DNA from: Polyangia bacterium
GTDB taxonomy: Bacteria; Myxococcota_A; Polyangia; Fen-1088
Reading direction: 5' to 3'
Assembly: GCA_035696485.1 (NCBI GenBank)
Contig: DASRQT010000279.1
Span: forward strand, 1 to 44,209
Length of the DNA stretch: 44,209 nt
The notes beneath the pieces are model-generated. The model was given only the letters and a program-made list of their open reading frames with translations. It was not told where the DNA came from and ran no database searches. The position numbers and the translations under genes were made by a program. This document shows positions 41,501 to 44,209 of the stretch, in pieces. Numbering within the stretch: position 1 is the first letter of the stretch; every line of letters starts with the position of its first letter.

Positions 41501-43234
41501 ATGTTCCCAATCCGGAAACTGACCGTCGTTGCGCTGGCCGTCGGGCTCGGCGCCTGCTCCGGGCAGATCGCGGGCGGGGGCGGGCCGGGAGATCCGCCCG
41601 ACCCGTCGAACGGGGGCGCCGGCGGCGGAACACCCCCGAACGGCGGCCCGGTCACGCCGGGGACAGTACCGCTCAAAAGGCTGACCAAGGCCGAATACGA
41701 CAACACCATCCGTGACTGGCTGGGAAGCAAGCTGCCTCCGTTCGATTTGCCGGAGGACGGCCGCGAGGGCGGGTTCGATACCGTCTACTCGGCGCTGCAG
41801 GTTTCCGACATTCACCTCATCGCCTACCAGAAGAACGCCGAGGCCATCGTCGACGAGTTGTTCACGGCGGATCCGGCCGGAATCAAGAAAGCCTGGTGTG
41901 ACTACACCGCCGCCGGCGACGCGTGTGCGACCAAGATCGTCACCGATTTCGCGACGCGCGCGTGGCGCCGTCCCATCGACAAGTGGGGCGCCATCGGCAA
42001 TGGCCTCGGCACGTACACCGGGCTGGTCAGCGCCGCCGGACCGCTGGCCGCACAGACCGCCGAGGACCGGTTGAAGGGGGCGCTGCAAAGCATCTTGGTA
42101 AGCCCCCGGTTCATCTACCGGTTCGAGCTCGCCGACAAGACCGGCCAGCTGGACACGTACTCGGTGGCCTCCCGACTGAGCTACCTGCTCTGGAGCTCGG
42201 CTCCCGATGACGAGCTGCTGGCCGCCAACCTGCTTGACGCCAAGGTGCTGGAGCAACAGTTCCTGCGCATGCAGGTTTCCGGAAAGGGCGCAGGCGCCAC
42301 TTACGTTCCGAAGTTCCAGCGCTTCCTCACCCGCTTTCCGGACCTTTGGTTGGGCCTGGATCAGCTTGTCGGCCTCACGCGTGATGCCAAGGCGTTCCCC
42401 GGATTCACGTCGGACCTGGCCGGCGACATGCGCGCCGAGACGCTGGACTACTTCTCGCGGTTCATGGGCCTCGGCGACAATCCCCAGTACCCGCGTCACG
42501 CCCTCACCGAGATCCTGACCGCCAGCTTCGCGATGGTGACACCCCGTCTGGCCGACCACTACTGTGCGGTCGACGGCACCGCCGGCGCGTGCGGGATCAA
42601 GGCGGCCAGCGGCATGGTGGATCTGACCAAGGCCGCGTCGCCGCGCATGGGGCTCCTGACCCAGGCGTCGATCATGACCGTCACCGCCGCCGACACCCGG
42701 ACCGCCCCGGTGCGCCGCGGCCGCTGGGTGCTGGAAAAGCTGATGTGCCAGCCACCACCCCCGCCCCCGCCCGAAGCCACCGCGCAGGTGCAAAAAACCC
42801 AGGACGATACCCGCATGATCTCTCAGCGCCAGCGCCTGGAAGAGCACCGGGTCAATCCCAGTTGCGGCGTCTGTCACAACCTAATGGATCCCATCGGCCT
42901 CGGCCTCGAGAACTACGATGCCGTCGGTCGCTATCGCACCCGGGATGAAAGCGGAATGGCGATTGACCCCAGCGGCGCGCTGCCCGACGGCAAACCGTTC
43001 CAGGGGGCGAAAGAACTGTCGAACATGCTGGCCGCCGATGCACGGCTCACAAGCTGCGTGATTAGGCAGCTCGCCACCAATGCAACCGGACGCCTGTTCG
43101 ATACGGCGGCCGACGACAATCTGGTCGCCAGCCTGGTCACACGTGCGGGTGGCAAGAGCATGACCATGCAAGACGCCCTGCGCGCCGTGGTTCTAAGCGA
43201 TGCATTCCGTCGTCGTACTCCGGAGGCCCCATGA
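41501..43234 (+). CDS. Lipoprotein of the DUF1592/DUF1588/DUF1585 (planctomycete-type cytochrome-c-domain) family
   Basis: The ATG at 41501 is preceded by GGAGG. Lipobox LGAC. Blocks PLKRLTKAEYDNTIRDWLG, PVRRGRWVLEKLMCQPPPPPPPE and a CxxCH motif in NPSCGVCHNLMDPIGLGLENYDAVGRYR. Confidence 0.85.
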   Translation: MFPIRKLTVVALAVGLGACSGQIAGGGGPGDPPDPSNGGAGGGTPPNGGPVTPGTVPLKRLTKAEYDNTIRDWLGSKLPPFDLPEDGREGGFDTVYSALQVSDIHLIAYQKNAEAIVDELFTADPAGIKKAWCDYTAAGDACATKIVTDFATRAWRRPIDKWGAIGNGLGTYTGLVSAAGPLAAQTAEDRLKGALQSILVSPRFIYRFELADKTGQLDTYSVASRLSYLLWSSAPDDELLAANLLDAKVLEQQFLRMQVSGKGAGATYVPKFQRFLTRFPDLWLGLDQLVGLTRDAKAFPGFTSDLAGDMRAETLDYFSRFMGLGDNPQYPRHALTEILTASFAMVTPRLADHYCAVDGTAGACGIKAASGMVDLTKAASPRMGLLTQASIMTVTAADTRTAPVRRGRWVLEKLMCQPPPPPPPEATAQVQKTQDDTRMISQRQRLEEHRVNPSCGVCHNLMDPIGLGLENYDAVGRYRTRDESGMAIDPSGALPDGKPFQGAKELSNMLAADARLTSCVIRQLATNATGRLFDTAADDNLVASLVTRAGGKSMTMQDALRAVVLSDAFRRRTPEAP

Positions 43235-44209
43235 GCATTCAAGATAGGGTTCTGTGGTCGTCTCGTCGCGCCTTCCTGGGTGGAGCCGGCACGCTGGTGG
43301 CGCTGCCATTCCTGCAGTCTCTGGCTCCCCGCACGGCGCGTGCCGCGGCGGCGCCGCCCAAGCGCTTCCTGGCCTGGTACTTCTCGTGCGGAATCCCCGC
43401 GATCTCCGACTGGAAACCTGCCGGCGCCGGTGTGAACTGGCAACCGTCCATGCTCTTGACCCCGCTGGCGCCGGTCAAGAGCAAGATCACGGTGCTAAGC
43501 GGGCTGAAAAACGCCGGTCACGGCCCTGATCACACTTTTGGAACCGGGGCCTTTCTCACCGGTAGTAATTTTGCCAACGGCACGATCAATCAGTCCATCG
43601 ATCAGGTCATCGCCGACAGCTTGCAGGCCGGACCCGGCAAGCCGCCGATTCACTCGATGCCGCTCGGCCCGCTGGATACCAACTGCGAGCCCTTTGGAAA
43701 CTGCGGGTTTCTCCAGAACGTCTCGTTCGGCAAGACCGGAACCCCCGTCACCAAGGAGACGGATGCGCAGAACGCATTCAACCGTCTGTTCATGGGTGGG
43801 GGAAGCCCGACGCCGATGACGGACGCTGCCACCAAGGCGCGGCAGGCGCTGCGCAAGAGCGTGCTGGATGCGGTGAACAGCGACGCCAAGACCCTGAGCG
43901 CCGTTCTGGGCAAAGGTGACAAGGCACGGTTTGACGAATACCTGACCTCGGTGCGCAAGGTTGAAGATCAGGTCAGCGTTGTGAGCGCCGGGATGGGGAT
44001 GCTGTGTTCCGGGGCGAAGATGCCGGACGGACTGACGACCAGCGCAAAGCCTGTCGGCGATTTGCTGGAGGCCGAGATCAACGCCTTTACCTCGGTGATG
44101 GCGCTGGCCTTTCAGTGCGACATGACGCGCGTGATCACGTTCATGATGGCGGCCGGCGGGACCAGGTATGCGCCGATGGGCTACACCGACTATCACCTGG
44201 GCATAACCC
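43231..44209 (+). CDS. DUF1552-family protein with twin-arginine signal (3' end outside window)
   Basis: Not in the ORF track because no stop is reached. My translation from the ATG at 43231 (ATGA overlap with the upstream stop) gives MSIQDRVLWSSRRAFLGGAGTLVALPFLQSLAP...PKRFLAWYFSCGIP...LSGLKNAGHGPDHTFGTGAFLTG...SIDQVIAD...KSVLDAVNSDAKTL...GDKARFDEYLTSVRKVEDQV...FQCDMTRVITF, open to nt 44209. Confidence 0.8.
   Translation, partial: MSIQDRVLWSSRRAFLGGAGTLVALPFLQSLAPRTARAAAAPPKRFLAWYFSCGIPAISDWKPAGAGVNWQPSMLLTPLAPVKSKITVLSGLKNAGHGPDHTFGTGAFLTGSNFANGTINQSIDQVIADSLQAGPGKPPIHSMPLGPLDTNCEPFGNCGFLQNVSFGKTGTPVTKETDAQNAFNRLFMGGGSPTPMTDAATKARQALRKSVLDAVNSDAKTLSAVLGKGDKARFDEYLTSVRKVEDQVSVVSAGMGMLCSGAKMPDGLTTSAKPVGDLLEAEINAFTSVMALAFQCDMTRVITFMMAAGGTRYAPMGYTDYHLGIT

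Noticed and set aside
41414-42877. 487-aa minus-strand ORF opposite the DUF1592-family gene
   Set aside because: A shadow ORF. The plus strand encodes conserved DUF1588/DUF1585-type blocks and a CxxCH motif, while the minus-strand translation is Gly/Arg/Gln-rich without motifs.
43495-44196. 233-aa minus-strand ORF at the window end
   Set aside because: It is antisense to the open plus-strand reading frame from 43231. That frame translates into a recognisable Tat-signal DUF1552-type protein with no stops up to the window edge.
1-44209. Search for tRNA, rRNA, known riboswitch cores, transposase or integrase genes, terminal inverted repeats of IS elements, and phage or defence gene signatures
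   Set aside because: The intergenic regions are short, mostly under 250 nt. None showed cloverleaf-like or riboswitch-like conserved cores that I recognise. No ORF has transposase, integrase, nuclease or defence-type motifs, and the STAND NTPase lacks an effector domain.

Overview
GC-rich (roughly two-thirds G+C by eye) chromosomal segment. It has about 38 protein-coding genes and no rRNA, tRNA, CRISPR array, transposase or integrase that I can see. Many lipoproteins, two ECF sigma/anti-sigma pairs, Gly/Ser linkers and a DUF1592/DUF1552-type pair suggest a myxobacterium-like soil bacterium (inference only).

Confidently recognisable genes:
- Two paralogous secreted PHB-depolymerase-like esterases.
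- An ECF sigma plus zf-HC2/FecR/TPR anti-sigma operon, and an RpoE/ChrR-type pair.
- A PPP-family phosphatase, a Yip1 membrane protein and a 4HBT thioesterase.
- An ABC-2 exporter lying divergent to an RND adaptor-pump-MarR operon.
- A LIV-type amino-acid ABC importer with a fused LivM-LivG.
- A VOC-YafY pair, a CPA2 antiporter and an 11-Asp-box propeller protein.
- A large STAND (AAA_16 + TPR) NTPase.
- A translationally coupled DUF1592-family/DUF1552 pair that runs off the 3' edge.

Most interesting observations:
1. A periplasmic haem/copper redox island at 22.7-27.1 kb. An MbnP-like lipoprotein, an MbnH/MauG-like di-haem peroxidase and a TlpA-like thioredoxin converge on an exported lipoprotein made of two tandem truncated-haemoglobin-like domains.
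2. A tightly packed minus-strand module at 34.4-38.2 kb, downstream of the STAND NTPase. It comprises a small lipoprotein, a SnoaL-like protein, an exported phytochelatin-synthase-like Cys peptidase and the Asp-box propeller. An SD-sequestering hairpin sits at its 5' end.
3. A perfect 12+12 bp palindrome plus a second half-site pair upstream of the VOC-yafY operon.
4. An uncharacterised protein with protein-kinase-like catalytic motifs.
5. A secreted protein with 8 Cys in 31 residues.

Functional calls rest on motif recognition by eye. No database search was run.
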